The notes beneath the pieces were generated by a model. It saw nothing but the letters and a program-made list of their open reading frames with translations. It did no database searches and was not told where the DNA came from. A DNA stretch of 64,000 bases. Source: an uncultured Spirochaetaceae bacterium. Its GTDB lineage: Bacteria; Spirochaetota; Spirochaetia; Sphaerochaetales; Sphaerochaetaceae. Where the stretch lies: contig CAYZXD010000001.1 of NCBI GenBank assembly GCA_964482325.1, positions 3,461-67,460 of the forward strand. Reading direction: 5' to 3'. The position numbers were made by a program, and so were the translations under genes. Below, in pieces: positions 10,368 through 19,358 of this stretch (its first letter is position 1; each line of letters starts with the position of its first letter).

Positions 10368-11600
10368 ATGCCGATTCGCGTTACGAGTGAAATTGGAAAA
10401 CTTCGATCGGTGCTGCTGCACCGGCCAGGGAAGGAACTTGAGTCTCTGACACCGCAGTATCTTGATTCCATGCTCTTTGAAGATATTCCGTATCTTGAAC
10501 AGATGCAGCGTGAACACGACCAATTTGCTTCTCTGCTGGAATCGCAGGGATGCACGGTCTGGTACATTGAGCAGATGCTGGAGTACGTGCTTACTGATCA
10601 GCAGGTCAGAAAAGATGTGATTTTGCATCTTATTGCATCGGCACAGATTCATGAACCTGCAATACGGGAGAGTATGTATGATTACCTTTCCCAACTTGAA
10701 TGCGAAGCATTAGCCGCTTGTTGTATTAAAGGAGTACTGAAAGCTGAAATCGATAATACGGTTCGCCATAAGACCTTGAGTTACTATATTCGAAATACCT
10801 ATCCCTTTTACATTCCGCCGGTACCTAATCTTTACTTCACCCGGGATCCCGCAACGGTAATTGGTTCCGGCATCGCTGTACATACCATGAAAAATGATGC
10901 GCGGAGGCGGGAGAACTGGCTCCTCTCTTTGATTGCTCTGCATCATCCGCTCTTTTCAGAAACCGGTAACTATATTGATTACAGTGATGGAAGCAGTATC
11001 GAAGGTGGCGATATTCTGCTGCTCAATGAGCATTGTGCCGTAGTGGGCAGCAGTGCGAGAACCGGTACCTGGGCGATCGAGTCATTTGCCCGGCGCATGA
11101 TGCAGCCTGCAGAGTTGGGTGGGCAGAATCTTACTGAGATACTGGTAGTTCAAATTCCCTATACCCGTGCTTATATGCACCTTGATACCGTTTTTACTAT
11201 GGTGGATCGGGATGCTTTCTCCATCTATGGCGGGATCGAGATGTCCCTTCGTGTCTTCAGTCTACGCATGTATCGTGATGGACAGCTGCAAATTCACGAA
11301 GAGAAAAATCTGCATCAGGCTCTAGCCCGAGTGCTTCATGTCCCTGCAGTACGATTGATTCCCAGCGGAGGGCCGGATCATACGGTTGCTGCCCGTGAGC
11401 AATGGAACGACAGTACCAATACCCTTGCCGTTGCTCCGGGGACGGTGATTACGTATCAACGTAATACGGTATCCAATGATACGCTGGATCGGGAAGGAAT
11501 CACCGTTTTACCTATCCGGGGATCGGAGTTGGTCCGTGGCCGCGGGGGACCACGGTGTATGAGTATGCCGTTATACCGGGAAGCAGTAATTTCTGAGTAG
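10368..11600 (+). CDS. arcA: Arginine deiminase
   Basis: SEIGKLRSVLLHRPG, FTRD, EGGD, MHLDT, GRGGPRCMS catalytic set intact. Confidence 0.95.
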   Translation: MPIRVTSEIGKLRSVLLHRPGKELESLTPQYLDSMLFEDIPYLEQMQREHDQFASLLESQGCTVWYIEQMLEYVLTDQQVRKDVILHLIASAQIHEPAIRESMYDYLSQLECEALAACCIKGVLKAEIDNTVRHKTLSYYIRNTYPFYIPPVPNLYFTRDPATVIGSGIAVHTMKNDARRRENWLLSLIALHHPLFSETGNYIDYSDGSSIEGGDILLLNEHCAVVGSSARTGTWAIESFARRMMQPAELGGQNLTEILVVQIPYTRAYMHLDTVFTMVDRDAFSIYGGIEMSLRVFSLRMYRDGQLQIHEEKNLHQALARVLHVPAVRLIPSGGPDHTVAAREQWNDSTNTLAVAPGTVITYQRNTVSNDTLDREGITVLPIRGSELVRGRGGPRCMSMPLYREAVISE

Positions 11601-11822
11601 CTAAATAATCCACGAAAGAGCGAGTTAGACATTGATCCAGTTCGTGACAGCGTGTTGTTTTGTGGAGATATGTAAACGATTTCATTGTGCTATATATAGA
11701 TACAGTAATAATTTTAGTAGTTTTAGTATGTTAAATTTGGTAAATATTGGGCATATGATCATTATGAAACTAATAACTTACGGTATGCATAAAAAAATAT
11801 TTAAAAATTTTATGATATACCC

Positions 11823-11851
11823 TTGATTAAAGTTTTTAATTTTACTATTAT
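11823..11851 (+). promoter_or_regulatory. Sigma70 promoter of the small-peptide gene
   Basis: TTGATT-N17-TATTAT inside an approximately 20% GC stretch. Confidence 0.65.
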
Positions 11852-11891
11852 CCAAGTAGATAAAAAATTTAGTCAAGGAGGAGTAAACATC

Positions 11892-11981
11892 ATGGAAAAA
11901 ATTACGTGGTTTGCAACTTATTTCGGTGTCGTAGCAGGTGTCGTCTCCCTCGCTCTGGTTCTGGTCAGACATATAGCATAG
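11892..11981 (+). CDS. 29-aa single-TM hydrophobic peptide MEKITWFATYFGVVAGVVSLALVLVRHIA (candidate type I toxin or small membrane protein)
   Basis: Below the ORF-track length cutoff. Strong SD AAGGAGG (11875-81), own promoter, one hydrophobic helix, followed by a structured 3' region and terminator. Confidence 0.7.
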   Translation: MEKITWFATYFGVVAGVVSLALVLVRHIA

Positions 11982-11996
11982 ATAGTTGGATTAAAA

Positions 11997-12120
11997 CTGA
12001 GCGGCGAGGACCTTAGGGAGTTCGATTCGTCGTCAGCGGTACTGCTGTACCGCGCAAGCAGGTGCTAAGCCTGCAGTGAAGGGCCTTTCCTCGATACATG
12101 AGGAGAGGCCTTTGTTATCT
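11997..12120 (+). other. Four consecutive hairpins forming a structured 3' UTR and terminator
   Basis: Stems 11997-12036, 12036-12053 (GCGGTAC/GTACCGC), 12058-12074 (GCAGG/CCTGC) and a 14-bp stem 12079-12113 followed by U-rich TTGTT. Confidence 0.65.
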
Positions 12121-12174
12121 TTGCTACCCGATGAGAACTATTCCTGGTATATTCTCATTTCAGGAGTATCGCGT

Positions 12175-12762
12175 ATGAGACAACAGAGTGCCTATAAAAG
12201 GACTTTCACCCCAGGGGAAACGTATCGGATTGTCACTGCCATGCCAGCTGCTGTACGTGAGCTTCGTCTGGCTAAACGGCAGCAGCTGTTAAGCAGTTCG
12301 TTTATCGAACGGATTATGCTTGCGGTGACTGAGGTGAATGGATGTGCACTGTGTTCCTATGCGCATACCAAAATGGCGTTACAGGAGGGCCTTACAAAAG
12401 AAGAGATTGCTGGGCTGTTAACCGGCGATGCTGCATCAATTCCTTCCGAAGAAGCTCCTGCGCTACTCTTTGCTCAACACTTTGCGGAGATGAAAGGAAC
12501 CTACGATCCTGAAATGTATGCCCTGTTGGCACAACAATACACTCCAGAGATAGCCCGCGGTATTCTCGGGTCAGCTCAGGTGATACTTGCCGGTAATGCC
12601 TATGGTATCCCCTACAGTGCTTTATTCTCCCGGATGCGCGGTAAACCGTATCGAAACAGCAGCGTGTGGTATGAGCTCGGCATGATAGTGTTTGGGATAC
12701 TCATCATGCCGGTAGCATTAGTGCACGGGCTGTTTCGTACTACATCTGCACCCCGACGGTGA
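12175..12762 (+). CDS. Carboxymuconolactone decarboxylase / AhpD-like protein with C-terminal TM
   Basis: ERIMLAVTEVNGCALCSYAH (AhpD-core CxxC); AGGAG RBS supports ATG 12175. Confidence 0.85.
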   Translation: MRQQSAYKRTFTPGETYRIVTAMPAAVRELRLAKRQQLLSSSFIERIMLAVTEVNGCALCSYAHTKMALQEGLTKEEIAGLLTGDAASIPSEEAPALLFAQHFAEMKGTYDPEMYALLAQQYTPEIARGILGSAQVILAGNAYGIPYSALFSRMRGKPYRNSSVWYELGMIVFGILIMPVALVHGLFRTTSAPRR

Positions 12763-13972
12763 TGCTGAACGACCAGAAAGCGTCATGAAGATTATATGCA
12801 ACATCAACGCCCATAGCAGGAATGGCGATCTTTCTCAGATACACGCGAGATCCGATACCCGGACCATAGAATGGCCGTAATGCAATCAGTTCATTACCAT
12901 ATCGGCCAATTTCAAAGTAGGGGGAGATGGTAATCACCGACCAGGAAGTTTTCAGCACCGGGATATCACAGGCGGCCGCCGCAGATAGCCATTGATCAGC
13001 ACTGGACGCCTTGAAAGGCAGTGTACGATATCCATCTTGGGCATCAATTGCCGTCTCGGCAAACAGGGGCATATCCCCGATACCTCCCGATGTGAGTAAC
13101 CTGAGACGAACCTGCTCTCCGAGCAGGGTGCTCCAACTGAAGCTACCTGAAATTTCCCATCCGTTTTCCATGATAAGCGTGCGGGCATTCGCATCAGATT
13201 CGATGCCGATAGGCAACACGTCGTGTAAATAGGTGTTCTCATATGAAAGGGTGAGTTCAGGCTCAAGATAACTGCTCAGATCAGGAAAAAGCGCAGGTGA
13301 TACCGAATCGAATTCCCACGTTTGGTACCCGATGGTACCTTCGGCAGTGAAATTTTTGTAGGTATACCCGATACCCACTCCAATATTCCGGTAATCGGCA
13401 GTGTACGATCGGACCGTGTTGGCAGGGTCGGTCTGCATCACATAGGATGCCCGTCCAAACCCTCCGGTTACGGTGTACGACCATGGTCTATTCAGGGTGG
13501 CAGGATCGGAAAACACCAAGAGACCGCGAAGTCCATCGGTACTGCCGTAGAGTGCAGTCAGAAGAAATTTCTGGTAGCCGAGCAGGTTTGATTCAATCAG
13601 GAATAGTCCACCCCGAAATTTTTCCCCGTCTGATGCGAAATACGGTACGGGAATGAGTGTCCATTTCTCCTCAAGGTATACCGAAAGCTCTGCATCCTGT
13701 CCGGAAGGCTGAGGGATCAGATTGACCGCTACCTGAGCGAACAGATCGGTACGCTCAAGCTGTTCTGTTATGATTTCGCTATCCTGTGGGGAAATCATAT
13801 CACCAATCTCAAACGGAATGTTGGATCGTATGACCGATTCTTTTGTTCGTTTGAGGCCTTCAATGGTAATTGCTCGTAACCGGTAGGACTCATTTGCTTC
13901 TGCAAGAGCAATAGCGGGTACCATAATCAAGCATACGATACAGATGAGTAAAATTCGATTTTTCAGATGCAC
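12740..13972 (-). CDS. Compact Omp85/BamA-TamA family outer-membrane protein (single POTRA + barrel)
   Basis: Signal peptide, POTRA (ITIEGLKRTKESVIRS...LERTDLF...V.L.EKWTLIP), ESNLLG junction motif, beta-strand-rich C-terminus. Confidence 0.8.
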   Translation of the reverse strand: MHLKNRILLICIVCLIMVPAIALAEANESYRLRAITIEGLKRTKESVIRSNIPFEIGDMISPQDSEIITEQLERTDLFAQVAVNLIPQPSGQDAELSVYLEEKWTLIPVPYFASDGEKFRGGLFLIESNLLGYQKFLLTALYGSTDGLRGLLVFSDPATLNRPWSYTVTGGFGRASYVMQTDPANTVRSYTADYRNIGVGIGYTYKNFTAEGTIGYQTWEFDSVSPALFPDLSSYLEPELTLSYENTYLHDVLPIGIESDANARTLIMENGWEISGSFSWSTLLGEQVRLRLLTSGGIGDMPLFAETAIDAQDGYRTLPFKASSADQWLSAAAACDIPVLKTSWSVITISPYFEIGRYGNELIALRPFYGPGIGSRVYLRKIAIPAMGVDVAYNLHDAFWSFSITVGVQM

Positions 13973-14088
13973 AACCCCACCTTATATGTGAAATGAGTCC
14001 ACTATACCAGAAGAGCCAATCCGGTGCGACCGCTTTCTTTCCCTTTCTCTAATATATTAGTACTTTGTGAGTCTCAAGGAGGACAGGT

Positions 14089-14721
14089 ATGCGACGATAT
14101 ACCATAACGATCTTAGTAATGTTGCTGCTGACATTGTCTGTCTTTGCAGCTGGAAATAGGGAAGAGAGTATACCGATACGGATGACCGGTGACCCGATCA
14201 CCACGGTCCCGGGATCCATCAGCGATTATGAGGGACATCCCGTAGCAATCTTTGCCGGTGGCTGTTTTTGGGGCGTGGAGAGTATGTTTGAACAGCTCCC
14301 CGGTGTACTTGATGCCGTATCCGGCTATACCGGAGGAACTTTGGAATTTCCCACTTACCGATATGTGAGTATGGGGAGAACCGGTCATGTCGAGGCGGTG
14401 GCAGTCTTTTATGATCCGCAGGTGACTGATTACGAAACACTCGCCCGCTATTTCTTTGAAATACATGATCCCACGCAGGCGGGCGGACAAGGACCGGATA
14501 TCGGGCCGATGTATGAATCGGTGATCTTTCCAGGCACAGAAGAGGAGTGGGCTATTGCTGAGCACCTGATTCAGACTCTGAAGCAAATAGGATATGACGT
14601 GGTTACCAGTATCGAACAACGATCGATATTCTATCGTGCTGAAGGATTCCAGCAGGATTACTATGAGCAAAACGGGTCTGTGCCATACTGTCATGCCTAT
14701 ACAAAACGGTTCCCGGATTAA
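14089..14721 (+). CDS. msrA: Exported peptide-methionine (S)-S-oxide reductase
   Basis: AGGCFWGVE catalytic motif, TGHVEAV, YCH resolving Cys; N-terminal signal peptide. Confidence 0.92.
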   Translation: MRRYTITILVMLLLTLSVFAAGNREESIPIRMTGDPITTVPGSISDYEGHPVAIFAGGCFWGVESMFEQLPGVLDAVSGYTGGTLEFPTYRYVSMGRTGHVEAVAVFYDPQVTDYETLARYFFEIHDPTQAGGQGPDIGPMYESVIFPGTEEEWAIAEHLIQTLKQIGYDVVTSIEQRSIFYRAEGFQQDYYEQNGSVPYCHAYTKRFPD

Positions 14722-15449
14722 TCTGAGATCAGCAGCTGTGTTTCGATCCAGTGGGCTACTCCATCTTCATCATGTGCTCTGGTATGATGCGATGCTGCCT
14801 GAAGCACTTCGGGAAGGGCATTTGCAACGGCCACACCAGTATAATGTGCGAGCATGGGAATATCCATCAGGTCATCGCCGAAAGTAACCACCTGATGGGG
14901 TGGAATCTGATCCAGCAGCGTCTGCAGTGCAGCCAGCTTTGTTGCCTGTTGATGGGCAATGCGATACATTTGCGGTTCCCACAATGCGGTAACGGTACAG
15001 CTGTGAGACCATCGATGAGCCATCGAATCAGCAAGACGTGAAGATGACCAGAAAAAGATGGCATATACATCGAGATCTTGCGGCACTGGTACCCAGTGTT
15101 TCCCCACAATTCTCCCTGCACTGGTATCAAGAACGAGAGCGGTGCACTCAGTATCTCTCTCGAGCTGTGCGATAATCTGATGAAACTGGTCTGTCTGTAA
15201 CGGCATGTGATGTTTCAATTCACCGTGCAGATATCCGAGTGCCCCGCCACTGAGTACCATGGCATCGGGCTGCAGTTGCTCGATATATGAGCGGGCGAAG
15301 ATCTTGCTTCTGGTAGTGGCGATAGCAAAGGAGCATCCTTTACGGCGTAGCGCAGCAATAGCTGCTAGAGAGCGTGCCGATATCTTTCGTTCGGCATTCA
15401 GCAGTGTTTCATCAAGATCGGTTACCATCCACAATGGTACAGGCATCAC
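14718..15449 (-). CDS. Cof-type HAD-IIB hydrolase
   Basis: TDLDETLL, ATTRS, FGDDLMDIPML, GVAVANA. Confidence 0.88.
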   Translation of the reverse strand: MMPVPLWMVTDLDETLLNAERKISARSLAAIAALRRKGCSFAIATTRSKIFARSYIEQLQPDAMVLSGGALGYLHGELKHHMPLQTDQFHQIIAQLERDTECTALVLDTSAGRIVGKHWVPVPQDLDVYAIFFWSSSRLADSMAHRWSHSCTVTALWEPQMYRIAHQQATKLAALQTLLDQIPPHQVVTFGDDLMDIPMLAHYTGVAVANALPEVLQAASHHTRAHDEDGVAHWIETQLLISD

Positions 15450-15567
15450 ACATCTCCTATTCGGTGGGTTTGTATCTCAGAGGGTACAGCAACTGAGCAA
15501 AACTTGATAGACTCCGGTAAGTTGCTTCCGGCAGCCTACATCAGAACAAGGGATGGACTGATTACAT

Positions 15568-16482
15568 ATGCACATGATGGACCTCTGGAATCTACAGGGA
15601 CAGCTACTTCTTTTATTAGCTTCAGGAGTGCTTCTCAGACGATTGGGAATTGTATCTGAACATGCTAAGCGCGTGCTCACAGATTTGGTCATTTATGTGA
15701 CACTTCCCTGCAGTATTGTGCTCTCTTTCCGTATGGATATTGACCAGACAATTATGGTTTCTCTCGGGACGGTACTGTTGATCTCTTTCGCTATCCAGAT
15801 GTTCTGTATTTTACTTGGGAATTTACTCTACCGTAAACAGGATGCAAGAAAGCGTGCCGTCCTGCGCTACGGGATTCTTGTTTCGAATTCAGGATTCATG
15901 GGCTTGCCTATTGCCGGAGAGTTATATGGCATTATGGGGGCGATGTATGCTTCGATCTACCTGATTCCGCAACGGGTGGTTATGTGGACAGCAGGACTCT
16001 CTTGTTTTACCGCAAATGAGCAGTCCCGAAGGGAAAAAATTAAGGAAATTGCACGTCATCCGGGCATTGTGTCTGTGTACATCGGGTTGGTGCTCATGGT
16101 ATTTGACCTTTCGATTCCAGGATTCTTTCTTCAGTCGATGGAATCCGTTGCCGTCTGTACTACGCCGCTGTCGATGCTCCTGATTGGAGCCATTATTGGA
16201 GAAATGAACCGCTCGGAAGTTCGAGTGAGCTGGTTTGCACTCGGATATACCGCCGTACGGCTTATCCTGATTCCTGGAGTTTCATATCTGGTACTCCTTC
16301 TGGTAAACACTGATCCTGTCATTATGGCTGTTTCGGTACTCCTCGCCGGTATGCCGGTGGGAAGTACTACTGCTATCCTGGCGGCTAAGTATGGTGGCGA
16401 TGCCTCATTCGGCTCACAATTAGTCGCAATTTCTACGATACTTTCTCTCATCTCCATACCGCTTTGGGCACTGATTCTTTAG
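15568..16482 (+). CDS. AEC (auxin efflux carrier / malate permease-like) transporter
   Basis: LVIYVTLPC, NSGFMGLP, TPLSMLLIG, MPVG motifs; about 10 TM. Confidence 0.9.
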   Translation: MHMMDLWNLQGQLLLLLASGVLLRRLGIVSEHAKRVLTDLVIYVTLPCSIVLSFRMDIDQTIMVSLGTVLLISFAIQMFCILLGNLLYRKQDARKRAVLRYGILVSNSGFMGLPIAGELYGIMGAMYASIYLIPQRVVMWTAGLSCFTANEQSRREKIKEIARHPGIVSVYIGLVLMVFDLSIPGFFLQSMESVAVCTTPLSMLLIGAIIGEMNRSEVRVSWFALGYTAVRLILIPGVSYLVLLLVNTDPVIMAVSVLLAGMPVGSTTAILAAKYGGDASFGSQLVAISTILSLISIPLWALIL

Positions 16483-16544
16483 GAAAATCAGCTACCGAAT
16501 GACGCCACTATTGTGCTATGATGCTCGATATAGAGAGGTAGTAC

Positions 16545-16922
16545 ATGAAAAAAATCATTGAAACGAAGCATGCTCCTGCTGCAGTAGGTCCGTACGCTCA
16601 GGCGTATCAGGCAGGAGATATCTTATTTGTATCCGGGCAGATTCCGTTTGTCCCTGAAACCATGCAACTGGTCAGCGATGATGTTGCACAGCAGACTAAG
16701 CAGTCACTGAAGAACATTGCTGCGATTGTTGAAAAGGCAGGTTTTTCCCTTACTGATATCGTAAAATGTCAGGTATTTCTTAAAGATATGAATGATTTTG
16801 CAACTGTTAACGCGGTCTATGCTGAATTTTTCGGATCTCATACTCCCGCCCGAGTTGCCGTGGAAGTTTCACGTCTCCCCAAAGATGTTTCTGTGGAAAT
16901 CGATGCCATTTGTGTGAAGTAG
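16545..16922 (+). CDS. ridA: RidA family enamine/imine deaminase
   Basis: APAAVGPYAQA, FVSGQIP, PARVAVEVSRLPKDVSVEIDAI. Confidence 0.93.
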   Translation: MKKIIETKHAPAAVGPYAQAYQAGDILFVSGQIPFVPETMQLVSDDVAQQTKQSLKNIAAIVEKAGFSLTDIVKCQVFLKDMNDFATVNAVYAEFFGSHTPARVAVEVSRLPKDVSVEIDAICVK

Positions 16923-16957
16923 GGACTTTCAGATGTTTGTTATAACGGAATGAACCT

Positions 16958-17515
16958 ATGAGTAGAGAATTTTCATCTACACAGGCAAATCAATTGCTCC
17001 AGATAGTGAAAAAGCGATTCACTGAACATCCCGAACGGCATCCTGATTTACGATGGGAAGTGGTTCGGGAACATTTGGAAGCAGATCGTTTGCGATTCAG
17101 AGCGTTATGGGAGATGGAGCGTACGGGAGGAGAACCCGATGTCATCTCCCAAGAAGCCAACCCTGATAGGATACTTTTCGTTGACTGTGCCCCAGAGACG
17201 CCTTCAGGGCGTCGAGGGGTCTGCTATGATCTGAAGGCCCGAAAACAGAGGAAGTCACACCGACCGGAAACAAGTGCCCGTGAAATGGCAGATCAGATGG
17301 GAGTTGAGATGCTTGATGAAGCGCAATATCTGATGCTGCAGGAGTTTGGAGCGTTTGATATGAAAACCTCAAGCTGGTTATACACTCCTGAGTCTTTGCG
17401 GACACTTGGCGGTGCACTGTTCGGTGACCGACGATACGGCAGGGTGTTTATCTACCACAATGGTGCGCAGTCGTACTATCAGGCACGAGGATTTCGCTGT
17501 CGTCTGGTGATCTGA
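16958..17515 (+). CDS. DUF4256 domain protein
   Basis: MERTGGEPD, DMKTSSW, LGGALFGDRRY...YHNGAQSYY..RGFR family motifs. Confidence 0.8.
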   Translation: MSREFSSTQANQLLQIVKKRFTEHPERHPDLRWEVVREHLEADRLRFRALWEMERTGGEPDVISQEANPDRILFVDCAPETPSGRRGVCYDLKARKQRKSHRPETSAREMADQMGVEMLDEAQYLMLQEFGAFDMKTSSWLYTPESLRTLGGALFGDRRYGRVFIYHNGAQSYYQARGFRCRLVI

Positions 17516-17827
17516 ATAGGTGGGGGAATGGGGACGCGATAGAAACCTTAAGTGGTCTTAAGTTATATTTTTACATGCAGCCCATCATCATGGAATCACG
17601 GTATACGGATATGGCCGTAGTTCATGGGTAGGTCTTGAGAATTGAGAACGGCGTCGTATGGCATCCCTGGTATGGGTAGTACATTTTCTCCACATCTTGA
17701 CGGCTGCCGTTTATCACGATCGGTAGTTTTGCGTATGCCATAACATGCAATTCATAACTTTTACTATATTGGGATGATTTATCAACTTTTATACTGGCTC
17801 TTGAGCTATTGCAGCACAGGAGCCGAT

Positions 17828-18370
17828 ATGGAACCGTTACTGATTACAAGTACATTGTTAATACTGCTAACAGGTTATCCAACTAACCCTGCAGTACAGT
17901 ATCAAGTGTGAGGTGAAGGTTCTTCAGTTGGAACCAGCATCTATGACGATGAAGCAGATGGTATTGATGATATTCCCGGTTACCGCTATCTGGAAGCTGC
18001 CCCAGAAGATCTCTCGACCACCTTCCAATAGAATACTGCCATAATTGTACAAGCTATGGGAAATAATGCGTGTTCTGCAGTAAACTGGGGACCTCCTGCA
18101 ACAGTTACTGGAGATCTTATCGGTTCTTACGCAGCAAGCCTGTGTGCGGATTACGAACTGAATGAGTTTAACGATTGGGTCCTCCCTTCGAGTGAAGAAT
18201 TACATGAGCTGTATGAACAATTAAATCGAATTAGTAGGGGTTCAAAATTGTACTGGAGTTCCTCAGAATATAATCAAGAAAATGCTTATGCAGTAGATTT
18301 TTCTACAGGAGATAACAGTACCACCGTCCGAAGTGCACTCCGACATGTTCGCCCTGTGAGAATGTTCTAG
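17828..18370 (+). pseudogene. DUF1566/Lcl C-type-lectin-fold lipoprotein with two in-frame nonsense codons
   Basis: AGGAG RBS and ATG 17828; single frame with TGA at 17909 (Gly expected in YQVG) and TAG at 18029 (Trp expected). Motifs YDDEADGIDDIPGYRYLEAAP, DWVLPSSEEL, YWSSSE...VRPVRMF. Confidence 0.8.
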
Positions 18371-18451
18371 TATTCATAGGATTACTATTTAAAAATCTAG
18401 CTGTACGTCATTGCGTGATCAGGGTATGCTAAAGATCGCAGGAATACCGAT

Positions 18452-18823
18452 ATGCATATACGAACTATTTCAGAAAACTCTCTGATAATTGCTCGGGTAG
18501 AATCACATGAAGTACTAGTAACTGATGTAGATTCAGCACTGGATCTTATGGCCTCAGCTCGTTATGAGACAGGATGTAATGCATTGATCATTGATGATAC
18601 CGTGCTTACACCTAATTTTTTTAAGTTACGTACTCAGTTAGCTGGAGAAATACTCCAGAAATTTGTTACGTATTCCATGCATTTGGCAATAGTCGGTGAT
18701 TTCTCAATATATTCCAGTCGCAGCCTCCAGGATTTTATTCGAGAGAGTAATAGGGCCGGTACGATCATCTTCGTTCAGAACGAACAGGAAGCAGTAAAAC
18801 AGCTCTCTCATCGATTCCAATAA
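18452..18823 (+). CDS. DUF4180 domain protein
   Basis: FFKLRTQLAGEILQKF, AIVGDFS.YSS.SL.DFIRESN. Confidence 0.85.
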   Translation: MHIRTISENSLIIARVESHEVLVTDVDSALDLMASARYETGCNALIIDDTVLTPNFFKLRTQLAGEILQKFVTYSMHLAIVGDFSIYSSRSLQDFIRESNRAGTIIFVQNEQEAVKQLSHRFQ

Positions 18824-18876
18824 CGAGGGATATGGACAAAATAATAAAATTCCCGTAGTATGGGCTTCAGACATTA

Positions 18877-18948
18877 GGGCGCGTAACTCAGCGGGAGAGT
18901 GCTACCTTCACACGGTAGAAGTCGTTGGTTCAAACCCAATCGCGCCCA
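18877..18948 (+). tRNA. tRNA-Val (anticodon CAC), CCA not encoded
   Basis: Acceptor GGGCGCG/CGCGCCC, anticodon stem CTACC/GGTAG with loop TT-CAC-AC, T-loop GGTTCAAAC. Confidence 0.95.
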
Positions 18949-19358
18949 TAAGGCAACTGATTCTAAAATATAGAGTTGGTTGTCTTTGTTTTTTCCGGCT
19001 CTAGCACAAAAGCTGTGTGATGAGGACTCAGGAGGAATCTGAAAAGATAGAAAATGGGCAAAACCTCTGTTACTGTGTGAATAACGACAAACACACTAAA
19101 ACAGAGAGAGATGCCCATGCCCCAGTATACCAACACCTTCCCTGCATTGCCAGAGTTTGAGAGCACATGAAAGCCAACAATAAGAGAATACCGGGGAATC
19201 CAGGAGACCACTATCCACGGTAAGATGATCGGTAAGTGGCCTGTGTCTTTCTTAACCTTGCTCATTTTTTGGCATCATCTTCGAGATCCATCATCACATG
19301 ATAAGCATAATTGATCAGAGAAATCATATCGATAACTTCTGCTAAAAAGCAGACTCTA

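Noticed and set aside
11778-11972. 64-aa minus-strand ORF
   Set aside because: It is antisense to the peptide gene that has the promoter and SD; no coding signal of its own
12015-12040. GTTCGATTC T-loop-like motif (tRNA/tmRNA?) and minus-strand CTGACGA (hammerhead core?)
   Set aside because: No T-stem or cloverleaf can be formed; the hammerhead needs a G-C stem II closure and GAAA, but here it reads C..C and GAAC
17516-17827. Unexplained 310-bp spacer, possibly a decayed gene
   Set aside because: All frames are interrupted and I recognise no family; it is not a template repeat of the DUF1566 3' end
17909-18031. Stop-codon recoding (TGA as Gly/Sec, TAG as Trp/Pyl) in the DUF1566 gene
   Set aside because: TGA and TAG terminate many normal genes in this window, and single-base nonsense changes explain both
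18963-19358. 100-aa minus ORF and a possible transposase-like remnant after the tRNA
   Set aside because: No RBS or recognisable motif; the resemblance is too weak to support
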